NCBI GenBank assembly: GCA_963754945.1 | Contig: CAVWIG010000028.1 | Location: forward strand, 32,001-96,000 | Length of the DNA: 64,000 nt | Reading direction: 5' to 3' | Source of the DNA: Methanotrichaceae archaeon | GTDB taxonomy: Archaea > Halobacteriota > Methanosarcinia > Methanotrichales > Methanotrichaceae | Part shown: in pieces, positions 54,170-64,000 of the stretch | How the letters are laid out: each line of letters starts with the position of its first letter | How positions within the stretch are numbered: position 1 is the stretch's first letter | The notes under the pieces: model-generated | Seen by the model: only the letters and a program-made list of their open reading frames with translations | Database searches by the model: none | Told to the model about the DNA's origin: nothing | Position numbers and translations under genes: made by a program

Positions 54170-54240
54170 TTTTACCACTATTTGTACGTCAACGTAATAG
54201 GAATAAAACATTATCTATCTACAGATCGCCTCATAGTAGA

Positions 54241-54810
54241 TCATGTGGTCTTCCTGCCATTTTCCCCACTCCACTCCTCCGTCCCCACCACCCTCGCAAA
54301 CTTCGCAGCCATCGTCACCAGCACAGCCCGGTGCAGGTCAGAGACCGAGATGGATCCAGCACTGTTTTGCAAGGACAGCGTCCCCGTCGCATCTGAAAGA
54401 AAGTCTACCGGAAAGCCCAGATGGAATGCCTGGCGGGCGGTTGTGTCGCAGCACATCTGCGTCATGTAGCCGCAGATGGCGACACGCCCTATGACCAGCA
54501 CCCGCAGCCACTTCTCTAGCTCCGTTCCCGTGAAGCTGCCGGGCAGGTTCTTCTCTATCAGGATGTCGCGCTTTCGCTTCTCGACCTCCGGGTGCAGCTT
54601 CCACTCGTCGCTGCCTTTCCTGAAGGTCGGCGAGTCAATCGAAGGCGCAGTATGCTGGATGATCGCCACTGGAATGTCTGCTCGCGTGGCATCGTCCATC
54701 GCCTTGAGGATATTGCCCAAGCTGCCTTCCGGAAAGGTCACCGGAAGACGGCCAGTGAAGTATTCATTCTGCACGTCGATTACCAGCAGCGCCTGTCGGG
54801 TCTGAGTCAT
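54241..54810 (-). CDS. Isochorismatase-family cysteine hydrolase
   Basis: LLVIDVQNEY, EK..PGSF.GT, G.MTQMCCDTTAR. Confidence 0.9.
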   Translation of the reverse strand: MTQTRQALLVIDVQNEYFTGRLPVTFPEGSLGNILKAMDDATRADIPVAIIQHTAPSIDSPTFRKGSDEWKLHPEVEKRKRDILIEKNLPGSFTGTELEKWLRVLVIGRVAICGYMTQMCCDTTARQAFHLGFPVDFLSDATGTLSLQNSAGSISVSDLHRAVLVTMAAKFARVVGTEEWSGENGRKTT

Positions 54811-54820
54811 CCTATCACCC

Positions 54821-55294
54821 TCATTTCAAAGTCTCATTCTCCAGTGCCATCTCGAAGAGGTCAACCATAATCCCCTGGATCTCCTTGCGGCATTCTCCAG
54901 TTTCCATAAAACCGCAATTCTCATAAAGCCTTCTTGCCCGAGGGTTGGACTTTCGCACGATGAGATAGATCCTCTGAAGCCCAAGCTCTTGAAATCCTTT
55001 TTCAAGCGCCATCCGGGTCAGCTTTTTTCCGAATCCTTGCCCCAGATAATCCGGTTTCAGAGCGATCCGGAACTCTGCTTGGCGGCTTGTGGCTGAATCC
55101 TTTAAGAGGATTGTGAAACCGATGGCAACACCGCTCTCCTCGGCAATGTAGATCCTCGTCGAGTCCTTGCCCAGATACTCGTCTATCCACCCGGAATCGC
55201 GCAGGGCGTAATCGAGATCCTTAAACTCTTCCGGATAGGCTGGCCAGATCTTGATAATCGCGATATCCTGCTCATTTATTTCCCTGAGCAACAT
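54821..55294 (-). CDS. GNAT-family N-acetyltransferase
   Basis: YLGQGFG, N.RARRLYE..GF; start estimated. Confidence 0.85.
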   Translation of the reverse strand: MLLREINEQDIAIIKIWPAYPEEFKDLDYALRDSGWIDEYLGKDSTRIYIAEESGVAIGFTILLKDSATSRQAEFRIALKPDYLGQGFGKKLTRMALEKGFQELGLQRIYLIVRKSNPRARRLYENCGFMETGECRKEIQGIMVDLFEMALENETLK

Positions 55295-55455
55295 TTGAGA
55301 GCTTCTCCGATACAAAAATTGGATTGCTCTATTTCGTTAATAGCACTAACGCCGAGGATTTAAACGCGCATTAAGAAGGTTGCCAATAGTTGGCCTTCTT
55401 GCAGGAAGCACATTTTTAATATCTTGAAGTGTGATATCTATTTTGAGGATCTTTA

Positions 55456-55740
55456 ATGGACAAGTTTGAAACTACAATGGCTGTCCTTGCCAAGATGTCA
55501 GACAACGAGAAGACGAAGACGGTAGGGAATCTGAAGTCGATTTGCATCTGCCCGGACTGCCCGACCTACACCAATTGCGCAAAGAAGGCCGACGAAAGCC
55601 TTTTCTGCTGGTTTGGTGGAAGCAACAACTGCATCTCCAAGGAGATTGACTGTTTATGCCCATCATGCCCAGTCACATCGGAGATGGGGTTGAACCACGA
55701 TTTCTTCTGCACAAGGGGCTCAGAGAAGTCTCAGCGCTGA
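55456..55740 (+). CDS. DUF2769-like Cys-rich protein
   Basis: CICPDCPTY..C, LFC..G.S.CI, CLCPSCPV, FFC..G. Confidence 0.75.
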   Translation: MDKFETTMAVLAKMSDNEKTKTVGNLKSICICPDCPTYTNCAKKADESLFCWFGGSNNCISKEIDCLCPSCPVTSEMGLNHDFFCTRGSEKSQR

Positions 55741-55881
55741 GACTAGATGGCGAAGAAACAACAAGGGATCTGCTTTGCAGGCCATTCAGCTTGCACATTT
55801 TATTCTTTTATTACAAGATAATTTGACATCATGCAATCATAAATGCTTGAGTTTTGAGAGTCTCCTTCTGCCCTCAGAAGA

Positions 55882-56331
55882 TCAATCCTTTATTCCAGGA
55901 ACCAGAATGACAGGAACCTTGGAGTGCTGTGCCACCTTCTCAGCAACGCTGCCTAACAGAAACCTGTTCAGGCCGCTCTTTCCAACGCTACCCATCACCA
56001 GAAGACCCGCTTTAGACTCAAGGGAGTACCTGAGCAGCTCGTCGCTGGGGTGCCCCCTCAATACCACCTTGCTGCAGGTAACACCAGCCACTTGGGCCAT
56101 CTGCTCAACCTCTTCAGTGACATACCTACCTTCTTCTATCATCAGCCCCAGCAGCTTATCCTTCAGGCCCGGAACCATTGCGTATCCGGGAAGCTGGATC
56201 AGCCGGTTCACATCCACAACGTACACGGCTACAACCTCGGCGTTGTGAACGCGAGCCAAGTCTATTCCCAGCCTCGCTGCCCTGTTGCTCGGCTCGGAAC
56301 CATCGGTGGCAATCATTATCTTCTTGAACAT
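55882..56331 (-). CDS. Universal stress protein
   Basis: FKKIMIATDGS, VMGS.G..G..RFLLGSVAEKV. Confidence 0.93.
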   Translation of the reverse strand: MFKKIMIATDGSEPSNRAARLGIDLARVHNAEVVAVYVVDVNRLIQLPGYAMVPGLKDKLLGLMIEEGRYVTEEVEQMAQVAGVTCSKVVLRGHPSDELLRYSLESKAGLLVMGSVGKSGLNRFLLGSVAEKVAQHSKVPVILVPGIKD

Positions 56332-56444
56332 ATATCCTCACCAATCCTCACGACATTTTGTCTCGCAACCCGTAATCCACGACCATTTTACAATTTGAGC
56401 CCTCAAGTACGAAGTCGTCAAGTGCGCGCACTCTTTCCCATCAG

Positions 56445-57446
56445 TCATTCCATACTGTCTTCGGGTTTCGCTCGTATAGCTTTCAGCTCATCCTCGCTGA
56501 GCTGGCATCCGCATGATTCATCTGTGGCTAGGGTACAGTTGCATGGCTCAATGTGAATAGTGACAACAGTGTTTGGGAGACACTCTTTTATGGATGACGA
56601 GATCATGTCCGTGATCCTGTGAGATTCATTTATGGACATGGATGAGTCGACCCTTGCATGAAACTCTACGAAACGATAAGGTCCTGATTTGCGGGTGCGG
56701 AGCCGGTGAAATCCTCGCACTGTGGGAGCAAATGCCGCTATGCACTTCCGAATCTTTTCCTCCTCATCAGGAGGTAGGCTAACGTCCATAAGACCACGAG
56801 CAGACTCGACTGTGAGCTTGTAAGCGGCCTTAATGATCAGAAGCGCTACTCCTATTGCCACCAAAGGGTCCACCAATTTGAGATTGGCTTCGGGAAACAG
56901 AATCCTCCCAAACCAGATTATTCCCAACCCTCCCATAACACCTGCGGAGGTGTATACGTCCGTTCGAAGGTGCCATGCATCTGCCTGGAGGGCAATCGAG
57001 TCGGTCTCCTTTCCCACACAGAAGAGTTTCCGTGAGACCATTATGTTTGCCACGGCCGAGACCAGCATCACTGCAACACCCAACCCCGGCTCCTCAAGCG
57101 GCTGGGGGTTAGCCAGTTTTTTAGCAGCCTCGAAGATGATACCACAGGCTGCCAGGAAGATGAGCAGGGCTTCCACTGTCCCAGAGATATTCTCTATTTT
57201 TCCGTGCCCAAATGGGTGATCCCGGTCGGCCGGCTTGCCAGAGATTCTAACAGCGAACCATGCAATCACTGCTGCCAGCAGATCAACGCCTGAATGGATG
57301 GCCTCGGAGATCACAGAAACCGACCCGATGGCTGTACCTATGACCAGCTTTAGCAGCACAAGGGTCGAATTGGAGATGACCGAAAGCCTAGCTGCTGAAG
57401 CCTTCCGTTCATCTCTGGTTTCCTGGTCATCCTGCATTAGAGGCAT
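56445..57446 (-). CDS. Cation diffusion facilitator transporter
   Basis: EAIHSGVD, HPFGHGKIE, DAWHLRTD, HIEP. Confidence 0.93.
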   Translation of the reverse strand: MPLMQDDQETRDERKASAARLSVISNSTLVLLKLVIGTAIGSVSVISEAIHSGVDLLAAVIAWFAVRISGKPADRDHPFGHGKIENISGTVEALLIFLAACGIIFEAAKKLANPQPLEEPGLGVAVMLVSAVANIMVSRKLFCVGKETDSIALQADAWHLRTDVYTSAGVMGGLGIIWFGRILFPEANLKLVDPLVAIGVALLIIKAAYKLTVESARGLMDVSLPPDEEEKIRKCIAAFAPTVRGFHRLRTRKSGPYRFVEFHARVDSSMSINESHRITDMISSSIKECLPNTVVTIHIEPCNCTLATDESCGCQLSEDELKAIRAKPEDSME

Positions 57447-57740
57447 CCTTTTCAGATCTCGCGGGTATCCCGCAAAGTCCAGCTATAACATCTATCTGTT
57501 TGACAGTCATCGCTATCATTAGCACAGTTGCCCGAGCAAGCACTATATTGGTCTGCGAGAGCTTCATTTTTTGGATCGCATATCAATTGCAAAATATCAT
57601 TTAATAGCCAGTGTTAACTTAATAAGCTGTCGCAAAGTGCTTTACAAGGTTCCTAAGCATTGGCCTTGTGCTTATCCAACGGAAAAACCAAACTTGAAAA
57701 ATTAACTAAGGCCGGTCGAACAGTCGATTTTTCCCTTGGA

Positions 57741-59042
57741 TCAAATCTGTTCATTCTTTTCCAGCCTTCTCTTCACCGACTCTGCATGAGCGAATAAACC
57801 TTCGGCCTCGGCCAGGGGAACGATGCTGTTCTTAAGGGCACCGAGGCCGTCCTCGGAGATCATCTGTACGGTCATCTTCTTGGTGAAGTGGTCCACATTC
57901 AAACCCGAAAAGACCCGTGCGTACCCAGACGTGGGCAGGACGTGATTAGTCCCGCTGGCATAATCGCCAGCGGCGACGGGCGTGAAACTTCCTAGGAAGA
58001 TGCTTCCAGCATTCTGGATCTCTTCCAGGACCTCCATAGGATTGACGGTGATGATCTCCAGGTGCTCAGGAGCGAACGCGTTGGAGAAATCGACCGCCTC
58101 CTCCAGACCGCTGGCCACAAGAACGGCGCAGTGCTCCAGGCTCTGTTTGACGATCTCCTTGCGGGATGCAGCCTCAGCCTGAATGTACATCTCCTCGGCC
58201 ACCGCCTGGGCAACGAGTTCGTCGGTGGTAACCAGAACGGCCATGGAGCTTGGGTCATGCTCGGCCTGGGCGATCATGTCAGCTGCTAAAACTCCGGGGT
58301 TGGCGGTTCGATCGGCAATTATTAGAACCTCGCTCGGACCCGCAGGGAAGTCTATCTCCACCGCCTCTCTCACGAGGAGCTTGGCCGCAGTGACATAGAC
58401 ATTCCCGGGCCCCACGATCTTGTGCACACGGTCGATGCTCTCAGTGCCGAAAGCCATGGCGGCAACTGCCTGGACACCTCCGAGCTTGTAGATCTCGTCG
58501 GCTCCAGCCATGTCCGCTGCCACCAAGGTCAAGGTATTGATCTGCCCATCGTTTGCAGGCGGGGTGCACACAACAATCCTGGGCACACCCGCAACCTTGG
58601 CCGGAACTACGGTCATAAGGGCGGAGCTCGGATAGGAAGCCCTGCCGCCGGGAACGTAGGCCCCCACGGATTCCAGAGGCACTACCTTCTGGCCAACCAA
58701 GACGCCTGGGGTGACCTCCGTAAGCCAGAAGTCTCGTTCCTTCTGCTCGCCGTGAAAGGCGAAGATGTTCTCCGCTGCCTGTCTCAGAGAGTCCATGAGA
58801 TCTTCATCCACCGCCTCATAAGCTCCGGCTATCTCCTCCGGTGTCACACGCAGGCTCTCCAGTTTGGCACCATCGAACTTCTCGGTGTACTTGAATAGCG
58901 CCTTGTCTCCTTCAGATGCCACTTCGGTGATAATCTCGCTCACACTGGGCAGTACGTCCTGGATTCCTACCTGTCTTGACAATAGCAAGCGTAGATCATC
59001 GTCCAACAGCTCTTCCAGCCTCTTGGTTATCATCATCGTCAC
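57741..59042 (-). CDS. hisD: Histidinol dehydrogenase
   Basis: [43 protein letters not shown]. Confidence 0.96.
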   Translation of the reverse strand: MTMMITKRLEELLDDDLRLLLSRQVGIQDVLPSVSEIITEVASEGDKALFKYTEKFDGAKLESLRVTPEEIAGAYEAVDEDLMDSLRQAAENIFAFHGEQKERDFWLTEVTPGVLVGQKVVPLESVGAYVPGGRASYPSSALMTVVPAKVAGVPRIVVCTPPANDGQINTLTLVAADMAGADEIYKLGGVQAVAAMAFGTESIDRVHKIVGPGNVYVTAAKLLVREAVEIDFPAGPSEVLIIADRTANPGVLAADMIAQAEHDPSSMAVLVTTDELVAQAVAEEMYIQAEAASRKEIVKQSLEHCAVLVASGLEEAVDFSNAFAPEHLEIITVNPMEVLEEIQNAGSIFLGSFTPVAAGDYASGTNHVLPTSGYARVFSGLNVDHFTKKMTVQMISEDGLGALKNSIVPLAEAEGLFAHAESVKRRLEKNEQI

Positions 59043-60724
59043 CTATCCTTTGAACCGGGCCTTGGGTTACGACCCCTTTGCAACCGATAAATCGAGATCA
59101 CCCTCTCCAGGGTATCAGCATCTTCCACCGATTTGTCGTCCCTTACTGCTACCAGACGCGGAAAACGCAAGGCAAACCCGGAGGAGTAGTTGGTGCTCGC
59201 CTGTATCTCCTCGTAGGCCACCTCGAAGATCACCGCAGGCTTCAGTTCGACCTCCATCCCCTTCTGGACCAGGATAAGATCCTTGAAGGTCTCAGTGAGC
59301 TCAGAGAGGACCTCGTCAGTTAAACCTGTGGCCACCCAGCCTATGTCCAGCAGCTTTCCTGTCTCGGGGTCAGCACAGGCCAGGCGGTATGAACCAAGGA
59401 AGTTGGCCCTTCTGCCCTCGCCCCAGGTGGCACCTATGACCACAAGGTCCAGCGTCTCCATGACCGGCTTGATCTTCAGCCAGTTCTTGCCGCGCTTACC
59501 AGGAGCATAAACAGAAGCAGGGTTCTTGATCATGACACCCTCGTGGCCAGCAGCCAAAGCCTCATTGTAGATCCTCTCTGCCTCTTCCGGATCGTCCGTC
59601 AGCACCTGGGAGGCAACAAGATCGGAATCGGCAATGCTTGCCAAGAGTTCGCGTCGCTCATTGAGCGGACGATCTATCAGGCTGTTTCCGTCCAGGTAGA
59701 CGAGGTCGAAAAGATGAAGATGCAGGGGAATCTGAGCTGCGAGCTTCTCCACGTCGTATTTCCTGCGGAACCGCTTGAGGATGTCCTGAAAAGGCCTGGG
59801 GCGACCGTCATCTCCGATGGCCACTGCCTCTCCGTCCAAGATGGCTCTTTTTGCCTTAACCTGCTTGATAGTCGCCTTCGATATCTCTGGCAGGGAGGAT
59901 GTGACGTTCTCCATGCGACGGGAGTAGATCCGAACTTTCTCCCCATCCTTGTGGATCTGGACCCTAGCGCCGTCGAACTTCCATTCCACAGCTCCTGTGC
60001 CCATCTCATGAAGGGCTGTGGGTATACCTTCTCCGAGCTGGGCCAGCATCATTTTGATGGGGTGGTTGATAGTTACGTTGAGGCTGGAAAGAGTTCCGTG
60101 TTTGGCTTGTTGAGCCACCAGTCCCATATCGTTAGTGAGGTTGTACCCGCGCTCGACCAAGTCCGCGGGCTGGCCAAAGGCCTTTGCAATGGCGTCTCTA
60201 ACTCCGCCTTCGCCCACTCCAATTCGCAGATCCTCCATGGCCAACCTGGCAATGTACCTTGCCTCTAGGGGAGACGCTTCTCCGAGGAGAAACTGCAGGT
60301 GTTTGACCTTTGCTTCCTGGCTTCGTTTGCCAGATGCCTTCGATATCGATACAAACCTTTGATAAACCTCGGAGATTGTCAGGGCGGCGGTCTCGCCGAA
60401 GGCCGCCAGATTGAGAGGCCGGCGTTTCTCTGCCACGGCATAGGCCACCAGCCCGGGATCACCAGTTGCCCTTAGAGTCTCCTGTATTTGGTCAAGTGTG
60501 CAGCCGCACGCTCTAGTCATTGCTTCGTAAAGGAGGCTGGGGCCGACCCCCAGAACCGTCTCGGAGTCGGGAAAAATCGTCCCCATTGCGAAGTTGGAAG
60601 CTATAGCCAGCTCGGGATCTTCAAGTTCTTTCAGGAATGCCGCAACCAGATCGATCTTCTCGAGCGAGCCGCTGATCTCCTCGACCTTCTGACATAGCTC
60701 TGCGAACCTGAGGAAGCTGGTCAT
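59039..60724 (-). CDS. lig: ATP-dependent DNA ligase
   Basis: EWKFDGAR.Q.H, EGVMIK, WLKIK, LRFPR. Confidence 0.96.
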   Translation of the reverse strand: MTSFLRFAELCQKVEEISGSLEKIDLVAAFLKELEDPELAIASNFAMGTIFPDSETVLGVGPSLLYEAMTRACGCTLDQIQETLRATGDPGLVAYAVAEKRRPLNLAAFGETAALTISEVYQRFVSISKASGKRSQEAKVKHLQFLLGEASPLEARYIARLAMEDLRIGVGEGGVRDAIAKAFGQPADLVERGYNLTNDMGLVAQQAKHGTLSSLNVTINHPIKMMLAQLGEGIPTALHEMGTGAVEWKFDGARVQIHKDGEKVRIYSRRMENVTSSLPEISKATIKQVKAKRAILDGEAVAIGDDGRPRPFQDILKRFRRKYDVEKLAAQIPLHLHLFDLVYLDGNSLIDRPLNERRELLASIADSDLVASQVLTDDPEEAERIYNEALAAGHEGVMIKNPASVYAPGKRGKNWLKIKPVMETLDLVVIGATWGEGRRANFLGSYRLACADPETGKLLDIGWVATGLTDEVLSELTETFKDLILVQKGMEVELKPAVIFEVAYEEIQASTNYSSGFALRFPRLVAVRDDKSVEDADTLERVISIYRLQRGRNPRPGSKDR

Positions 60725-60726
60725 GT

Positions 60727-61734
60727 TCAGAATATAGCGTCGATTCTCTTGGTCCTGTATATGCTGATTATGTCGCTCAGTATGGCGCTTGCGGTCTCGA
60801 TGGAGCCTGCACCTAGGCCAGTAACTGTAATGGTCCCTGACAAGTCAGTGTAGATCGCTGCAGAATTGAGCGTCCCTGCTACTGCAATCGGGCTACCGAT
60901 GGGGACAAGCGTTGGCCGGACCGTGAGAGCTGGCACGTCTCCTATCAGCTTTATCACGTACCCACGCTTCTTCGCCAGGGCTAGAGCCTCGGGGGTGACA
61001 CCAGTTATGCCTGTCACTTCCACGTCGCCGTAATTTATGTTCATGTTGAACAAGGCGTTGGCCAGAATCACAACTTTGCCGGCGGTGTCCACGCCCTCTA
61101 CGTCATAGCTTGGATCGGCCTCGGCAATACCAAGGTCTTGGGCCTCGCTCAGGGCATGGGTGTAGGGAATGCCCTCCTCGGTCATCCTAGTCAGGATGTA
61201 GTTGCAGGTACCGTTGAAGATTCCCCTAATCCCGTAGAAGGTATTTCCCACGAGCGTTCGCTCCACAAGGCTTATCAGAGGCATAGTTCCACCAACGGTG
61301 GCCTCGAACTTGAGCATCACTCCGTTGTCCTGCGCCAGCTTATCTAGACGGCCGTAGGCGACAACAAGTGGTCCCTTGTTCGAGGTTACTACGTGCTTGC
61401 CACCTGCGAGCGCTACTTCCATATGGCCAAGTCCGGGCTGACCGTGGACTATGTTTGTAGGAGTTACCTCTATCACAAGGTCCGAGTCGATGGCCGTTAT
61501 GGCTTCTTTTCCTTTCATGCTGGTCGTGGCAACGTTCTGCAGGGTTCTCTCGCCAAGGATCTTCTCGGCATCGATCCCGTCCTCGCTGACCACGGTGCCA
61601 GTGTGATCTGTGACGCTTATGAGCTTCAGATTGAGCCCCATCTCACGAAGCATCTTCTTCTTTCTGTTTAGAACTTCGACAACGCCGTGACCCACGATCC
61701 CGTATCCCACCAGGGAGATCTTGACGTCTCTCAT
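60727..61734 (-). CDS. hom: Homoserine dehydrogenase
   Basis: GYGIVG, VVTSNKG, EATVGG, NGTCNYIL, AEADP..DVEG.D, GAG..ETA. Confidence 0.94.
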   Translation of the reverse strand: MRDVKISLVGYGIVGHGVVEVLNRKKKMLREMGLNLKLISVTDHTGTVVSEDGIDAEKILGERTLQNVATTSMKGKEAITAIDSDLVIEVTPTNIVHGQPGLGHMEVALAGGKHVVTSNKGPLVVAYGRLDKLAQDNGVMLKFEATVGGTMPLISLVERTLVGNTFYGIRGIFNGTCNYILTRMTEEGIPYTHALSEAQDLGIAEADPSYDVEGVDTAGKVVILANALFNMNINYGDVEVTGITGVTPEALALAKKRGYVIKLIGDVPALTVRPTLVPIGSPIAVAGTLNSAAIYTDLSGTITVTGLGAGSIETASAILSDIISIYRTKRIDAIF

Positions 61735-62237
61735 ACTGCCTCCACCTCTATGGGCTCAATCACCAGAAGCTTCTTCTCCGCACCTACTTCCCGAAGGATG
61801 GTCAGAGCCTTCTGGATCTCGGTCTTGCCTGTAGCTCGAATTCTGAGGTAGGCAGAGGAGGGTTCATCGACTCCCGGCATGGTCAAGGAAAGATCCATCA
61901 CCTCAGCAAATCCGGTGGAATCGATCCTTTTGACAGTATCCCCGAGGTCGCTGTCCAGGATGTGGCCTACAAGAACCACCGAGATTGCCTCAAGGAACCG
62001 GTCCTCTCCAGCCCGAACCACAGAGATGCCGCTGTCCGTAAGCTGCTTCTTGACGGTTTCTAGCCGTGACCTGTCCATCTCCACCACGAAGCGAACGGGG
62101 ATCATGCCCCGGGGAGTTTTCCTGTCTCTGTGGTGAACCACGCTGATTATGTTGGCTTTGCTATCCCTCAAGGGCTGCAACGCCAGCAGTAGCTGCCCTG
62201 GTATATCCTGTAGCTCCAAGTCCATGGAAAGTCGCAT
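61731..62237 (-). CDS. ACT-domain amino-acid-binding protein (Hom-associated)
   Basis: LELQDIPGQL, ANIISVVH; ATGA overlap with hom; start at ATG 62237. Confidence 0.8.
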   Translation of the reverse strand: MRLSMDLELQDIPGQLLLALQPLRDSKANIISVVHHRDRKTPRGMIPVRFVVEMDRSRLETVKKQLTDSGISVVRAGEDRFLEAISVVLVGHILDSDLGDTVKRIDSTGFAEVMDLSLTMPGVDEPSSAYLRIRATGKTEIQKALTILREVGAEKKLLVIEPIEVEAV

Positions 62238-62341
62238 AGCATTCCTCGTAAATTCCTGAAATCTTCGGTGCCATTTAAAGGAAATAAAGCTTGTGTAGAG
62301 AATTTTATAAACACTTGCCTTTACTCCTTCGGCATTTGTCA

Positions 62342-63466
62342 TCAGAGCTGATCCGATTCACCGCACAGCCTGCTAAGCCTCTTGATGGCCTCGTACTTCT
62401 CCTTCTTTTCTAGCCTAGCACCCTCTACCGCTTCGTGGAGGGTTCTGATGGAACTGTCGTAAGTCTCTCTGTCCACGGGAAAGGGCGTCCCGTCCTTCCC
62501 TCTGTGGGCAAAACCGAACTTTGAAGGGTCCTTCCAGCTCGGACTGGCTCCGTAGACCAGCTCTGATATCAAAGCCAGGGCCCTGATCCGCCTCGGCCCC
62601 AGTCCCCTAAGGGCTACGAGTTCCTCATAATTGGAGGGCTGCAGCTCGTAGGCCATATGAAGAACTTTTCTGCCTGCTTCATCGATGTCCAGGGAAGCAA
62701 TCAGCTCGTGCCGCCTTGGCATGGATAGTTCCGGAACCGGGCTTGGCCTCGAATCTCCGAAGTCCAGCAGGCTGCGCTGAGCTGGACGAAACCCAATATG
62801 GGACGGGCCATCTTTGACGATATCAAGAGTGGCTTTCCGGTTAGCTTCACTTTCATGAGCCGTCAGGTCCAGGACGGTCTGCTCCAGTCTCTGCGAGCAG
62901 ATGGCGCTGTGTGGCTCCTCTACGAAGCTCTTCACCCGATCGGAGAGCCAGTGGTAGCGCCGGGCGAAAGAGTCGTTCATGCCCTGCTGAACCACAGCCC
63001 ACTCGCCATTCTCGGTGAACATGAAAGTGTGGTGGTAGAGCTGGTAGCCATCCTGAACCAGGGCATTATCAACTTTGGCCGACAATCTGCTTGCTCTAAT
63101 CAGCTCCGCTATCTTCTGGGGCCCAAATGAGAAGGCTTCGCCCAGCTTCTGGATATCCGCTGGCGTTTTTCCCGAGGTCTTGCCTTTGCCTCCTGCTACA
63201 GCTATTCCATGACGCTGTGGAGACACCGCCATTTTCAGAGCACCAGTTGTGACGGTGGTCGTGCCCGAGGAGTGCCAGTCGAAGCCCAAGACGCAGGAGA
63301 AGGCCTGGAACCAGTGAGGATCGGAGATGCGCCGAAGGAACTCCTCCGATCCGTGCTCGTAGACCAGAGCCTCCACTATCTCTCCTGCAAGGAGTCGCAT
63401 GCGCTTGAATAGCCATGGTGGGGCCGAGCCACCGTGCAATGGGAGATTGGCTATGCCGGTCTTCAT
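62342..63466 (-). CDS. DUF763-family protein
   Basis: LPLHGG.AP.WL, DWHSSG.TT, AKVDN...QDGY.LYHH, VQQGM. Confidence 0.85.
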   Translation of the reverse strand: MKTGIANLPLHGGSAPPWLFKRMRLLAGEIVEALVYEHGSEEFLRRISDPHWFQAFSCVLGFDWHSSGTTTVTTGALKMAVSPQRHGIAVAGGKGKTSGKTPADIQKLGEAFSFGPQKIAELIRASRLSAKVDNALVQDGYQLYHHTFMFTENGEWAVVQQGMNDSFARRYHWLSDRVKSFVEEPHSAICSQRLEQTVLDLTAHESEANRKATLDIVKDGPSHIGFRPAQRSLLDFGDSRPSPVPELSMPRRHELIASLDIDEAGRKVLHMAYELQPSNYEELVALRGLGPRRIRALALISELVYGASPSWKDPSKFGFAHRGKDGTPFPVDRETYDSSIRTLHEAVEGARLEKKEKYEAIKRLSRLCGESDQL

Positions 63467-63507
63467 GTTCAGATACCCTTTTCTTTTATCAGCGTCACAT
63501 ATATTTT

Positions 63508-64000
63508 ATGGATTCCAGCCCGAATAGAGTGGCTCCAGAGGGCCTCACTCCTGTTACAGAGATCGATCTGCGCAATCTGTCTGAGGTACGGACCGAAAAA
63601 GACACCATCCTAACGGTATATCTGACTACGAATATCAAAGACTTCCGGACCTTCGTTGACGGGAGGCTGAGGGCCATTAACAAAGCTCTGCCTGAAGATC
63701 TAAAAGATGCCTTTGCTCAAACACTGGATCTGGCCGAACCCGCCATTGCGTCCGCTGCTGCGAAAGGCGAGAGGGGCAGGATGATCTTTGCCTCGGCTTC
63801 AGCCTCAGCCCAAAACGATTTTCTGCACGTCTACAGGGTTAGTGTCGAGCTGGAGCCGCTGGTGGTCTGGGACAGTTCGCCTTTTCTGCTCCCGCTGGCC
63901 CGCCTCCGGAAAGACTACGAGGACTATGGACTTTTGCTCATCGACTCACAGGAGTACAGGCTGTTTTTGGTCCGGTCCAGAGTGGCAGTCGAGAAGGAGA
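63508..64000 (+). CDS. aeRF1-like release-factor paralogue, partial
   Basis: Open frame from ATG 63508 to the window end: LTVYL, VWDSSPFLLPLARL..DYEDYGLLLIDS. Confidence 0.6.
   Translation, partial: MDSSPNRVAPEGLTPVTEIDLRNLSEVRTEKDTILTVYLTTNIKDFRTFVDGRLRAINKALPEDLKDAFAQTLDLAEPAIASAAAKGERGRMIFASASASAQNDFLHVYRVSVELEPLVVWDSSPFLLPLARLRKDYEDYGLLLIDSQEYRLFLVRSRVAVEKE

Overview
Archaeal chromosomal window, most likely from a Methanothrix/Methanosaeta-like methanogen. This is inferred from gene content: split RpoB''/B', FwdDBAC, Alba, Ahb/heme genes and an intron-bearing tRNA. Core genes include the RNA polymerase/str cluster, leuD-leuB, hemAB/sirC/ahbB, hisC, argD, thiC, hisD, lig, hom, purN and purP. 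The most unusual locus is a tightly coupled minus-strand operon of five different CBS-domain genes, a Pab1020/Rnl3-type RNA ligase and a TIGR00300 protein (1-6052). There are three accessory patches. The first is an IS630 with an IS5 nested inside it (7281-9750). The second is a small-ORF/methyltransferase patch (13.4-15.5 kb). The third is a ~10 kb island between thiC and hisD. It carries a frameshifted IS200, an S53 protease, a diverged thiC fragment, a PIN toxin-antitoxin pair disrupted by a second copy of the same IS5, a decayed MNT-HEPN pair and an intact stand-alone OLD-family ATPase-TOPRIM nuclease. No CRISPR array or rRNA was seen. All product calls are from motif recognition by eye, not database searches.
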